A stretch of DNA of 64,000 nt from Waddliaceae bacterium (GTDB lineage Bacteria > Chlamydiota > Chlamydiia > Chlamydiales > SLFE01): NCBI GenBank assembly GCA_963771045.1, contig CAVYRW010000001.1, positions 2,211 to 66,210 of the forward strand, in the 5' to 3' direction. Shown here in pieces: positions 21,589 through 31,745 of this stretch (position 1 is the stretch's first letter; every line of letters starts with the position of its first letter). A program made the translations under genes and the position numbers. A model generated the notes under the pieces. That model had not been told where the DNA came from, did no database searches, and worked only from the letters and a program-made list of their open reading frames with translations.

Positions 21589-21722
21589 ACCCGTGATTGT
21601 AACCTAATCTCGTTCGTCTCAGTGATTTTAGCAATCCATTTTATTCTTTGTATTTTCAATAATCTGTCTTCTAATTCGTAGTTTGTATAAGCTCGATTTC
21701 CAAAAATTATCGACCCCTTTGG

Positions 21723-23355
21723 GTATCTGTTCACGGGGGTACCCCCCCCAGGGGGAGTCGTAAACTTCTAACACGTTTTGTTAACCGAGAACTACCTCGT
21801 GAATTTGTGTCGTAGGAAACCGTTTTCTATTTTGAAAATATCGGCGGCGCTTGTCCGCCATGAATGTATGCTTTAAAACATTCGGTAAAATAATCGAACG
21901 AATTTTGAGCACGTAACTTCAATGTCATACCAACTGTTAACACCCGTTCGACAAATCGCTCACCTTCTTCTGATTGTGAGCCAAAGCATAGCTTCCTCCA
22001 AATGACTCCGCCTCTAAGACGTTGCTCGGCTGTATTGTTAGTCGGTTCGATATTCTCATGATAGGCAAATACCCATAACATCTCGAACCGTCCAAAAAAA
22101 TCAGCGCAAGTCGACCTCGTTTTATTGCAACATTCTTTGTGAATTGCACCAGCTTTGAGGAGGACTTTCAAATCTTCTTTTGGGCCTATTTCGATCTTCT
22201 CGATCAGTTCGTCCCTTGCAATCTCACCGTTTTTGTAGCTATGCCAAAGATTGAATATCGACTTTTTACACTCTAACAACCGTTCCCCGATCCATTTATC
22301 AAATCCATCCCTGCCTGCAATCTTTTCAAAATCTCTATCTGCATGCGACCAGCAAAGTTGTCGCAGACCTTCATGCGAATTATAGGCATTATAGCGATCG
22401 GTTGTTAAACCCCCTTTGAAAGAACCAAAGATCTCGCGGAATGCCTTGTTGCTGCGTGAAGCCTTGATTGCGAAAAACACAGTTTCCTTGCCGCTTCCGA
22501 CCCAAATCCATCTCTTTTCCGACATCGTTTTCCAACTCGTTTCATCGGCATAAATATGTTCTTCATTTAGAGTGTGTGTCCTAATTTCTTCGTATGGTGC
22601 TTTTAAAATCTGACTAGCTCGGACATGGATTTTACACACGCTGCCGGAACATATCCGAATATTGAGTCTGCCCATTAGAGCACAGACTTGACGTTTGGAT
22701 AATCTAAACTCTCCTGAAAGAGAAGTGACGAAACCCATTAATCGGGGACCAAAACCAAATCGCGCTTCTTCGGGAATATCAGCCTTTACATGCTTACCAC
22801 ATCCGCTACACTGACAGGTGTGAATGTTGTATTGAGTAACTTCCGGAGGAGCGTCCGGTAATTCCACTACTTGTCGTACATCCGTTCTGACCACCTCCGA
22901 ATTAAACGAGTGGGAGTGGCAGTTCGGACAAGTGTCCGGCTTTATGTTATGCAGCGACTGCACCTGATTAATTGGAACTAGTTGACGGGGGTGGCCCTTA
23001 TGACCTTTTTGTGCTCCCTGTTTACGCCCCGTAGGTTCCTTCTTTCTTTGAGCTCTGAAGGGATCTTGCGAGGGGGGCTTAGAGCTATTCGAAGAGTTGG
23101 TGTTGAGTTTATCTTCGAGCTCCTTAACTTTTGCCTTGAGTGCCTGGTTTTCCTTTTTGAGGATTTCAATTTCCTCCAAGGCTTTATTCAGCTTTTCAAA
23201 GAGTTCTTCGTAGGTTGGCTTCATGTTATAAAGTGGTTTTGAACAACCAGAATAATAATAAAAATCTTATTTTATGCCGTATAAAATTTTTATTATTTTT
23301 GTGGGGTAGCGCGCGAGGCGGTAGCCGTTCCTAGAGTTACCCCGTGAACGGATAC
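21723..23355 (-). mobile_element. IS66-family element (single-ORF ISBst12-like group), copy 1
   Basis: Ends GTATCTGTTCAC and GTGAACGGATAC; flanking duplication (C)CCCTTTGG. Confidence 0.93.
21827..23224 (-). CDS. IS66 transposase
   Basis: NSSNSSKPPS, zinc finger, ADET, TTDRY, QLCWSH and PTNNTAEQRLR motifs. Confidence 0.95.
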   Translation of the reverse strand: MKPTYEELFEKLNKALEEIEILKKENQALKAKVKELEDKLNTNSSNSSKPPSQDPFRAQRKKEPTGRKQGAQKGHKGHPRQLVPINQVQSLHNIKPDTCPNCHSHSFNSEVVRTDVRQVVELPDAPPEVTQYNIHTCQCSGCGKHVKADIPEEARFGFGPRLMGFVTSLSGEFRLSKRQVCALMGRLNIRICSGSVCKIHVRASQILKAPYEEIRTHTLNEEHIYADETSWKTMSEKRWIWVGSGKETVFFAIKASRSNKAFREIFGSFKGGLTTDRYNAYNSHEGLRQLCWSHADRDFEKIAGRDGFDKWIGERLLECKKSIFNLWHSYKNGEIARDELIEKIEIGPKEDLKVLLKAGAIHKECCNKTRSTCADFFGRFEMLWVFAYHENIEPTNNTAEQRLRGGVIWRKLCFGSQSEEGERFVERVLTVGMTLKLRAQNSFDYFTECFKAYIHGGQAPPIFSK

Positions 23356-23835
23356 CCCCTTTGGAAGTTCTAAATCCATATTTTTAAAAGCTTTGATGTC
23401 AGAACAACTTCCTGGAGTCAAAGAGAATTCATCGCAAACGCAGTAAATAGTAATAACTTGATTGATCATGATTTCCTCCATTTTTAAAGAAAATCATAAT
23501 AACCAATGAGGCCAATCATCTACAGCTGAAGGTCATCTTTCGATAAATTTCTCCTCCGGCATGTCTTAAGACATGCCTCTCGTCAAAATTTTCGAAATCT
23601 AACCTCCATCTGTAGCGCCTAGCCTCAGATTAGGTCTCAATCACGGGTTGAATCTCAAAATTGCTGCATCAAATGAGCAGCCGGTTATTTCTTTCTAAAA
23701 ATCTTTTTGTATTTTAGTGATCGAGGTCCAACCTATCACACCTCCTTTCCTTCGCTTTTGATTTTCTTTGCCGCCATAAATAAGATAGGCATCTTCGGCA
23801 ACAACATTCTATTTTGTTAAGTAGGGGGGGTACGA

Positions 23836-23869
23836 AAAAAGGGTTAAGCCTTAAGGTTTAACCCTTTTT
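23836..23869. terminator. Bidirectional intrinsic terminator downstream of nrdJ
   Basis: AAAAAGGGTTAA...TTAACCCTTTTT hairpin with A/T tracts on both sides. Confidence 0.7.
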
Positions 23870-23918
23870 AGATTTTCAGAGGGAATTGCAAACACCGGCA
23901 GACCGTTTTGCAATTTCC

Positions 23919-25931
23919 TCATCTGACAGGGCAGGCGCCGGTGGCGCAGTCTTCAACGAGCTCGTCGTCGCGGACTTCGATGCCCTCGTAGTCGATTGTT
24001 TTGAGGCCGGCGACATACTCTTCGAATACTTCTTCGGTCACCACTTCCTGCGGAAGGTAGGCGTAGCCTAGGTCTTCGGCGTTTTTCGTCGGGTCGTTGC
24101 GGAAAAGGAAAGAGACGCCGACGTAGCTGTCCCAGTGCTCCTGCATCCAATCGATGATCTCGGGCACTTCCGAGGGGTCATAGGAAATGGTATTGGAAAC
24201 ATTTTGCTCGCACCAGGTCTCCATGAGCGTTTTGTAGCGATCAAGCTGGAGCATGGCCGATTCCATGTTGACATCAACTTCTTCAACTTTTCCGTTTTTT
24301 CGGGTGACGTTTGTTCTGGTGAACGGAACGTTGTTGAACTTGACCGGGAATTTGACAAGGACCGATTCGGGCTCGTATGGTTTTTCCATGACCTTGTAGC
24401 CGGCTTGTTCAAAGCGGGGAACGAGGGGGTCGTGCTTGGAGTATGTGATCCAGTTGAAGACGCAGCGTCCGAGAGGCATATGGACCCCTTCAGGAACTTC
24501 GCCCCACTCTTCAGTTCCCATAATTTTACTAACAGTGCCGCTTGGCTTGATGCAGGTGACATTTTTGGGAAGCGGAGCGTTAAGCTCGCCTGCCATGCTG
24601 TAGGCGGAGCTGACTGTGATGTTGCGCATTCTTTTAAAGTCATAGGCAGAAAGGTCGGGACGGGCGGCAACACCTGTCAGGCCGACGCCGCAAAGATGAA
24701 GGAATTCATTGTTGAAATGCCAGGCTTCTTGAAGGATTTCGTCGCGAAGATTGACCATGGTTTGCCGATAGTTCATCCGTCCGGCCAGGTAAAGCGACCT
24801 TTCGAGGCCTACTTTGTCGCCGCGGAAAGCAAGGACATTGACTTCTGTCAAGATTGCAGAAGCTTTTGTTTCCGAGGAGGATTTCGACGCAAGGGTTGCA
24901 TCCCTTGAACCAGGGAGCCCTTCTTTCGGCTTCCTGAGCGTTGATGCATCCCGGTTCGGATCCTCCGGCATCGAGCATCAGCTCGAAGATCTTTTCAAGC
25001 TCTTTTCTTGACGGCTTTTGGTAGAACAGAAGGCTGTTATTTGACTGCTGGCGATGGGCGTTGCCTCTTACCCACCATTCTTTTTTCGCAAGGGCAAAGT
25101 CTTCCCACTCGGGCTGGCCATACTCGAAAAGGGCGATTTGCGCGGAGCGTCTGCTGGAAAGGATGGTGCCGAGCCAGTTGACGATATCGAGGATATCCAT
25201 ACGGGTCAGGAGCTGGTCGGCGCGGTCGGAGAGGATTTCGGCAATCGCTTTAAAGGCTTTGGCAATCTGTTCATCGCCAGAGGAGATCCATCCATAACCT
25301 TTCAGTCTTGTTCCTGCCGGACGAATTTCCGAGAAGTCCAGAATCAGTTTTCGGGCGGGGAATTTGCCGGCGACGAGTTTGCCGACAGCTTTTGCCCAGG
25401 CAATGGCGGAATCTCCGACTTTAATCGTCCATACATGGGTCTCGGGGTCGTAAGTTTCAACATTATGCTCCATGCCGCCTTTTCCTGTCCTTGTGGCGCG
25501 GATGACTTTGATTTCCTGAAGGGGCGGCGGAATCCGTTGAGCGTACCTGTAATCGGGCGGAAGCCAACGCCGCAGCCTTGAAGAAGCAGCCAAAGGACAT
25601 CGACGACATCATAGACGGTTTCGACATGTGTATAGGAGCAGTTGAACATGCAGGATTCCCTTTTTTGGCTAAGTTCTGTGCCGCCAAGCCAAAGAGTCCT
25701 TCCCGCAGGCATCATTTTCCTTTCAAAAATCAGAGCCTGACACTCTTCGAGTTCATGAAATTCCCGGTCGTTAAGCGACCGTCCCAAGGCTCTTTCCCAA
25801 AGCCATTGCTGGTGCCGGATCACGCGATCGACAACCTGCTCCCAACTTTCAAGGAGTGTTTCTCCTTCTTTGACCGGCCGATGATAGGTTCTCAATGCCG
25901 TGGCCATGGCTCTTGCTGTTGGCTTGCTCAT
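23919..25931 (-). CDS. nrdJ: Class II (adenosylcobalamin-dependent) ribonucleotide reductase, two frameshifts (about 25525 and 24850)
   Basis: RTY.R, AGRTLWLGGT, FNCS, NPCVEI, TCIKPSGT and C-terminal CATGACPVR motifs across three overlapping ORFs. Confidence 0.9.
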
Positions 25932-26034
25932 TTTAAGTATCTCCCTTCCATTATGTTGATCTTTTCCCGCCCTTTTAGACGAAAAAACCCGCGTGTTCGG
26001 CGGTGTTTTTTGAATGGCTGCATTTGGGCTGCAA

Positions 26035-26082
26035 ACACAATATGTTGTGTTTATCAGTGTCGAACACCACAACAGGTTGTGT
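26035..26082. promoter_or_regulatory. Tandem NrdR boxes
   Basis: ACACAATATGTTGTGT (26035-26050) and CCACAACAGGTTGTGT (26067-26082), 32 bp apart, upstream of the RNR; they match the acaCwAtATaTwGtgt consensus. Confidence 0.85.
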
Positions 26083-26215
26083 TTGCTTAAGAATTGTGTA
26101 TCGCTTTTTTTGACTTAAAAGTCAATCTGGAATTTCACCAAAAAGTATGTCGCTAAGCACGTGAAATTTCCGAACGATACGGGATATCTATTTTGACTGT
26201 TTCGGTAAAAAAACA

Positions 26216-29113
26216 CTAGCTGAAAATAAAAGCGACGGGTTGTTTTGAGTTTAAATAAGGTGTCAAAGCGGGCAGGGTTTCATAGGAGAGGGTGAGGGCG
26301 GCGATGTCGGCTGCATGAGTTAGTGAGAGCGCCTCGGCTCCGGCGGGTTGGGCTGTTGAGGTCAGCAAGATCCAGTCGTAGCTTTGTCTGAGGCGTAAGA
26401 GCAGCTCGGAGAAGCGCTCCGAACCAATAAGCTCCGACGAGTAGCGGCTGATGCCTCCCGGGTGTATGAGGTCGCAGCCATTTTCAGAGGTGATTTTTGG
26501 ATCCGCTGCCGATCCGTTGAGATAGTGCAAAAGTCCCGGAGATTGGCCTGGCGGGGCGGCATGAGTAAAGGAAACAGGAAGAAGAAGAACCTTGCATCCT
26601 TTTTTTGCTAAGAGCTTTGCGAGCTGCCGCGAATAGTCGGGGCCGTTGCCGAGGATAAGCAGGGCGGATTTTCCGGAGTCCTTATAGGATAGCCGCGTTT
26701 CCATGAACGATGCCAGACGCCTGAGCGTTTCAAGGTCGGGATCCGTTATGGGATCGCTTCCTGAGGCGCCTGCCGCGGGGGAAAGGTATCCGGCGATATG
26801 TTGATTCAATTGTTTGAGGTTGACGGGGGTCGCTTCGACTCCTCGGAAAAGCTGTTTGACAATAAAGAAGGAAAGGGAGAAGAGCGATCCCATAAACGCG
26901 CCCATAAGGGCAAAGAGAATTATTCGGGGGCTTTTCGGCAGAACCGGTGTGTGGGCGCTGTCAAGGGGTGTGGATTCTATAAGATCGAGGTTGTGGCTGA
27001 TGTTTTTGTTCTCTACCAATCGGGTGAGCTCTTCGACAATAGCTTTATTGAGGTCGACATTTTGCTTGATAATTTGTTCTGAAAGCCATTTATCGGGCAG
27101 CGCGGCCATATTTTGATTCACCTGGTTCATGGAATGGATGATCAGCTCTTTTTGCTTTATGAACGAATGAATTTGAGAGCCGATGAAGTCGCTTATATGT
27201 TTTTCCAGGACGGAAATTTTCTCGTGGGTCAGCTCGAGCATCACCTCCTGGAGGATTTTCACTTTTTCTTGCAAAAGAGCTTGTTGGAGGGTTTGGATTT
27301 TGATGGATTGTTCCAAATGGGCTTGCAAAAAAATCTTTTGGGAATCCATTTCGTTGCGGGTTCTTTCCTGTTCTTTGGGGCTGTGGTACTTCCGGTCGCG
27401 AAGCTGGAGGGCGAGACCGGCGGATTTCTGGATGATGTTTTGGCTGATTGGATCTTTTAGGGCACCGCTCAAGCTGTTAATTTCAAAATCAGAGTCTTCC
27501 ATTTGTTTTAGGATAAAGTCTTGTTCTTTTTGAGTTGACTCCAGGCTGTGGACTTCTTGCATGTAGGTTAAATAAAGCTGTTTTGCGGAATCGAGATCGA
27601 TGCCCCGGAATTCAGAGTGGCCGCGGGTTTGGTGGGCCAGTCTGTCTTGGATGAGGTTTTGATGCATGTCAAAAAGGCGGCGAAGATTGTTCAAATAGGA
27701 AAGAAAAGTCTTTTTTTGTTTTTGAAGCTCGTCGGAGTTTTTCTCCCACACTGCGGAGCTGCTTTCGAGTTTTTCCTTCCACTCGCCGACGAGCAGAAAA
27801 GGTTTTTCCGTGATTGAGTAATCCGCGGGGATGGAGCGGCCGCTTTCAACGCAGGCGATAATGTCTTTGATTTCTTCTTGAGCGCGGCTGACCTCGTCTA
27901 GGGAGGAGAGGTCGGCGGACAGGTTTGAAGGGGCGTGGATCTCGGGACTTTGCGAAAGAGCAAGAGTCAAGCTGTCTCTTTGCATTTTTAATTCGGTAAG
28001 CTGTTTGAGAGAAGGGTTGATTGGGGACAGCTCTTCATAGGTTAGGATCTGGCCGACCCTGTCGGTTTCTTCGGGAAGAGTTTGCAGGCGCTGTGTGAGC
28101 ATGTCGAGTTTATTGATTTTTTCGAGGCAGCTCAAGCGGTTTTTGAACAAAAATTCCATTTCCTTTTCGAAATTCACAAAACCCGATGAAGAGAGGTCGT
28201 CTGCAAGAATTTGAGCGTGTTTTTGCATAATTTTCGTTTGACTGACGAACATCTCTTCCTGTCGTTTTTTGAGGTAGGCGAGCTGGATTTCGGCAAAGCG
28301 GTTGCTTTCGGACTTGAGATAATTTTGATAGGCGGCCATGATTTCATCAAGAATCAGGCGCCCTTTTTCTGGAGTGGGATGGCTGTATTCGAGAACGAGC
28401 AGGGTGGCGTCTTCATCATCTTCGTCGATGGCGACGCTGTTTTCAAGATGGTCGACAATTTTCACAAGAGGCAGCAGCGTCAGTGTAAATCGGCGGTTTT
28501 CATAATTTTTACGGTCTTTCGAGACGAGGGTAAAGGAAAAGTGGTCAGTTCTAAAAGGGTGGCCTAATTTGCCTTCGCCGATCGTGCCGAAATGGTTTTT
28601 GACGAGATATGTACCTGAAGTTGTCAAGTCTATAGAGAGAGGAAGGGTGGTTTGTCCGAGGTACTCAATTTCGGCGATTTCAAGCGAGCATTCGGGACAA
28701 TAGACATCAACGGTTTCCTTTTTCAGGATGTGCGCCCATTGAACTTTAAGGTTTTCAAAAATTTTTCTCGGCAGGCTTGGGCTTTTACCCGCTTGCTGTA
28801 TATTTCCTTGAAGTCCCAAATTTTTGACGACCTTGCTTAAGATGCTTCGGGATTTCATCGCGGAGATTGCCTGGCTGCTCTGGATATCTTTTTTGCCCCC
28901 TAAAAGAATTTGTGTGACGGAGGAGTTGAACGACCCTTCTACTTTCCCAACTTCCCGAAAATGGGCTTTTGCCTGGTGCACCACGGGGCGGGACATTGTG
29001 TAAAAGGAGGCGAGGGCTGCGAGTGCGAGTGCGGCGATGCCGATAGATTTTCGATTTCGTTTGAAGATGTGGGCGATATCGGAAAAAGTCATTAGGTAAT
29101 CTTCAAACTTCAT
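26216..29113 (-). CDS. Wzc/GumC-like polysaccharide co-polymerase with a degenerate kinase domain
   Basis: Wzz-like N-terminal TM, long coiled coil, P.LPKSP second TM, P-loop-like C-terminus (LR.SYDWIL). Confidence 0.75.
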   Translation of the reverse strand: MKFEDYLMTFSDIAHIFKRNRKSIGIAALALAALASFYTMSRPVVHQAKAHFREVGKVEGSFNSSVTQILLGGKKDIQSSQAISAMKSRSILSKVVKNLGLQGNIQQAGKSPSLPRKIFENLKVQWAHILKKETVDVYCPECSLEIAEIEYLGQTTLPLSIDLTTSGTYLVKNHFGTIGEGKLGHPFRTDHFSFTLVSKDRKNYENRRFTLTLLPLVKIVDHLENSVAIDEDDEDATLLVLEYSHPTPEKGRLILDEIMAAYQNYLKSESNRFAEIQLAYLKKRQEEMFVSQTKIMQKHAQILADDLSSSGFVNFEKEMEFLFKNRLSCLEKINKLDMLTQRLQTLPEETDRVGQILTYEELSPINPSLKQLTELKMQRDSLTLALSQSPEIHAPSNLSADLSSLDEVSRAQEEIKDIIACVESGRSIPADYSITEKPFLLVGEWKEKLESSSAVWEKNSDELQKQKKTFLSYLNNLRRLFDMHQNLIQDRLAHQTRGHSEFRGIDLDSAKQLYLTYMQEVHSLESTQKEQDFILKQMEDSDFEINSLSGALKDPISQNIIQKSAGLALQLRDRKYHSPKEQERTRNEMDSQKIFLQAHLEQSIKIQTLQQALLQEKVKILQEVMLELTHEKISVLEKHISDFIGSQIHSFIKQKELIIHSMNQVNQNMAALPDKWLSEQIIKQNVDLNKAIVEELTRLVENKNISHNLDLIESTPLDSAHTPVLPKSPRIILFALMGAFMGSLFSLSFFIVKQLFRGVEATPVNLKQLNQHIAGYLSPAAGASGSDPITDPDLETLRRLASFMETRLSYKDSGKSALLILGNGPDYSRQLAKLLAKKGCKVLLLPVSFTHAAPPGQSPGLLHYLNGSAADPKITSENGCDLIHPGGISRYSSELIGSERFSELLLRLRQSYDWILLTSTAQPAGAEALSLTHAADIAALTLSYETLPALTPYLNSKQPVAFIFS

Positions 29114-30150
29114 GGGATAAACACCTGATAGGCCTCGTTACTGGTGGTGACACCCTGCATGCTCGGAAGCAGCTGGCTGATAAAACGGTTCCATTTCGTG
29201 ATAGGCTTTTCGGAAACGTAAACGGTATCTCCCGGTATCAGGAGCAGACTGTCGTTTGGCAGGTGGATGATGTGTTTCCAGGACAAGACGTAAATTTTTG
29301 GGTTGATCAGACCGCCGCGAATGACTTGGATGCAGTTTTTATTTCCGGTAAAGGGGATGCCGCCCGCCAGAACGAGGGCTTCGCGCAAAGACATGTAGCC
29401 CGCTGGAAGATTGACTGCTGTCGGCCGGCCGACTTCTCCCATAATCATCGTCCGCGCTTCATTTGGATCGGCGATAAAGACCTTGTCCCCCCCCCTCATC
29501 ACAATATTTTGGCTCATATCGCCTTCGACGAGAAGGCGGTACATATCGACGGGGAGAAGCACGCCGTTTCGCTCGACGTAGCTCATAAAAAAATTGGCGG
29601 AAGTCGGAACGCGGGCTTTTGAGAGGATTTCATAAAGGCGGATTTTTCCATCAACGGGGATGTAGGGGGTGCCCACGAGTCCGGCAAGGTCGACTTTTCT
29701 CGCCAGCCGGTCTTTGTAGGTGATAAAGATTTCGATTTCGCTGATATGATCCCTGTAGGCGTTTTGGATCGCGAGCCTCGCTTCTGTCAGAGTCAGCCCT
29801 TCGACAAAGATGGGGGGGATATCGGGGATATCGACGCATCCGTCGGTGACTTTAAACCCGATGGTATCATTGATGAAGCTGAAGGATGTCATCAAATCCT
29901 GTCTTAAAGGGTGGTAGACGGCGATGTTCAGAATATCGTCTTCGGAAATTTCATCTTCGTATTCAAACATGGCATCGCAGGGGAGGCATCCGAGGCAGTG
30001 CCCCTGCATTTCGAGGATGGTCAGCTTTCCTTGCCTGATATTGTAAGAGTCGATAACGAATTCATCGGCTCCTTCGACGCAGTAGTCGAATGTTTGAGGG
30101 CAGCAGCCCGTCAGGCAGAATAAACAAATGAGTATGATAAACCGTTCCAT
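29110..30150 (-). CDS. wza: Wza-like polysaccharide export lipoprotein
   Basis: Lipobox LTGC, Poly_export and SLBB motifs, PITKWNRFISQLLP C-terminus. Confidence 0.85.
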   Translation of the reverse strand: MERFIILICLFCLTGCCPQTFDYCVEGADEFVIDSYNIRQGKLTILEMQGHCLGCLPCDAMFEYEDEISEDDILNIAVYHPLRQDLMTSFSFINDTIGFKVTDGCVDIPDIPPIFVEGLTLTEARLAIQNAYRDHISEIEIFITYKDRLARKVDLAGLVGTPYIPVDGKIRLYEILSKARVPTSANFFMSYVERNGVLLPVDMYRLLVEGDMSQNIVMRGGDKVFIADPNEARTMIMGEVGRPTAVNLPAGYMSLREALVLAGGIPFTGNKNCIQVIRGGLINPKIYVLSWKHIIHLPNDSLLLIPGDTVYVSEKPITKWNRFISQLLPSMQGVTTSNEAYQVFIP

Positions 30151-30156
30151 CGGCTA

Positions 30157-30987
30157 TCAATTAAAACATGGCTTAAGCTTTTCTTTCCATTTTTTTAAGT
30201 GTTTAAATGATGGCTGCTCTAGTGATTTGAGAGAAAAGTACTGGATCGTTTGAATATTTTTCAGCTGTTTGTTTGATTTTTTTAATTTTTTAAACTCTTT
30301 TAAATGAAAAATTGCCTTGCTTTTGGGTTGTTTATAGATAACTACGGCTATCTTCAAGCCTTTGTTTTCTTCGAACAACTTAAAAAAAGTTTTGCCTGTA
30401 AGAAGTTCTTTTCTAAATAAAGGAAGTTGAATTGTTTTAGGAGGAGAAGTGTAAATTGTCAGTGTTTTTTTTATTCGTAAAATGTCTATTGATTTTGATG
30501 ATGCTTTTAAATTCAACAAAGTTATTTTTGTATCAGAGAACGAAAATTTTTGTAAATTTTGAGCACCCTCAGGTAGAGGCGGTTTATTCTTATGATAAGT
30601 TGTCATCGTTTCGTTAGAAATTAGATCTTTTTCTTTTTTTGTAAAAAATCCGCCGCTGACCGAGAAGCGGTGATACCTTGGCGTTGATGGCTTTTGCTTT
30701 CTGGCAGAAACTTCGTCGTCGCTTGAGGGCCCTATGCTGGTTTTGGCAGTATCTGGAGAGGATTTGATTTCGTGTTCTTGTGATTGGAGCAAAAGCTCTA
30801 AATTGAGCATGGGTATTTTTTCTTTTGTTTTACGCGTTGTATCGATGCTCCCGCTTCGGGTAAAAGGATAATCGGGGTCGAAGTTGTCCTCGTCGGACGA
30901 TAAGCTGCTTGACGTGTCTTCGCCTTTTGCCGACCAATCTTCGCATGGCAGGAACAAAGTCAAAGTCTTTCCTACTTTGAATGACAT
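30157..30987 (-). CDS. Hypothetical protein with a Ser-rich N-terminus (candidate effector)
   Basis: AT-rich 276-aa ORF with an AGGAG RBS. Confidence 0.6.
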   Translation of the reverse strand: MSFKVGKTLTLFLPCEDWSAKGEDTSSSLSSDEDNFDPDYPFTRSGSIDTTRKTKEKIPMLNLELLLQSQEHEIKSSPDTAKTSIGPSSDDEVSARKQKPSTPRYHRFSVSGGFFTKKEKDLISNETMTTYHKNKPPLPEGAQNLQKFSFSDTKITLLNLKASSKSIDILRIKKTLTIYTSPPKTIQLPLFRKELLTGKTFFKLFEENKGLKIAVVIYKQPKSKAIFHLKEFKKLKKSNKQLKNIQTIQYFSLKSLEQPSFKHLKKWKEKLKPCFN

Positions 30988-31056
30988 CGCAACTCCTTGG
31001 GTTTAAAAGTATGGGATAATATTACAATCCCTGATTTTATCAAATAAAAAATGAGT

Positions 31057-31710
31057 TTACGTTTTGTTCGCCGATCTGGGAGATATATTGCTTATCCGGG
31101 AACCTATTCGGTTCAATCGTTTGAATAAAGGTATTTTTTGTTTTGAGTGATTTCCTGAGATGAATTCCTGGCAGCTTGTTTGGGAATTTCCGATATAGCA
31201 AAACTCCTCATTGATTCCAGTAATATGCAGCCACCACATTTTTTTGATTTTATTTCCGGTGGCAGGGTTTAGGTTTGTCTCATCCGAAGTCCATTTAATT
31301 TTTGAGGCATCGAATATGTAGGCTTCCTTCTTCTCTTGCACAACGCAGACAGTAAAAGGCTGTTTTTTCTCAAACTGCTTAAGCATAAGATTATAGTAGG
31401 ATTTTTTTTCTTCCGATAAAGGCTCGATACAATTCAGGTCCAGTTTCAATGAGCGTCCCTCGAAAGAAAGGATTTTTAAAATCTTTGCTTTCTGAGGAAA
31501 GGGAAGCGATATAGAGCGCTGCCTGCGAGGCTTTTGTGAAAAGTTTATTTTTTCTAAGTCGGCCGGCCCCATGGATCGGCGCCTGAAAGTTTTAATGGTT
31601 TGAGACGACCCGAAAATACTAGTGGAGGTATCGGTTGTGTCCGATCCGCTTAGATCTATGCAGGAATCGTAGGGAAAATCCAAATTTTTTTCATTTTTAA
31701 AAATATTCAT
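31057..31710 (-). CDS. Hypothetical protein with a Ser/Thr-rich N-terminus (candidate effector)
   Basis: AT-rich ORF with an AGGAGG RBS before ATG 31710. Confidence 0.6.
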   Translation of the reverse strand: MNIFKNEKNLDFPYDSCIDLSGSDTTDTSTSIFGSSQTIKTFRRRSMGPADLEKINFSQKPRRQRSISLPFPQKAKILKILSFEGRSLKLDLNCIEPLSEEKKSYYNLMLKQFEKKQPFTVCVVQEKKEAYIFDASKIKWTSDETNLNPATGNKIKKMWWLHITGINEEFCYIGNSQTSCQEFISGNHSKQKIPLFKRLNRIGSRISNISPRSANKT

Positions 31711-31745
31711 ATAAACCTCCTGAAATTTACGGAATACTTTAAAGA

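Larger units (their letters stand above)
21589..23648 (-). mobile_element. Deleted IS982-family element with a nested IS66
   Basis: Inverted ends ACCCGTGATTGTAACCTAATCT and AGATTAGGTCTCAATCACGGGT; transposase fragments (IYCVCDEF, LTPGSCSDIKAFK). Confidence 0.8.

Noticed and set aside
23728-23752. 16S rRNA 3'-end-like ATCACACCTCCTTTCC
   Set aside because: Only a short anti-SD-like match with no surrounding rRNA sequence; more likely a minus-strand RBS of a decayed gene.
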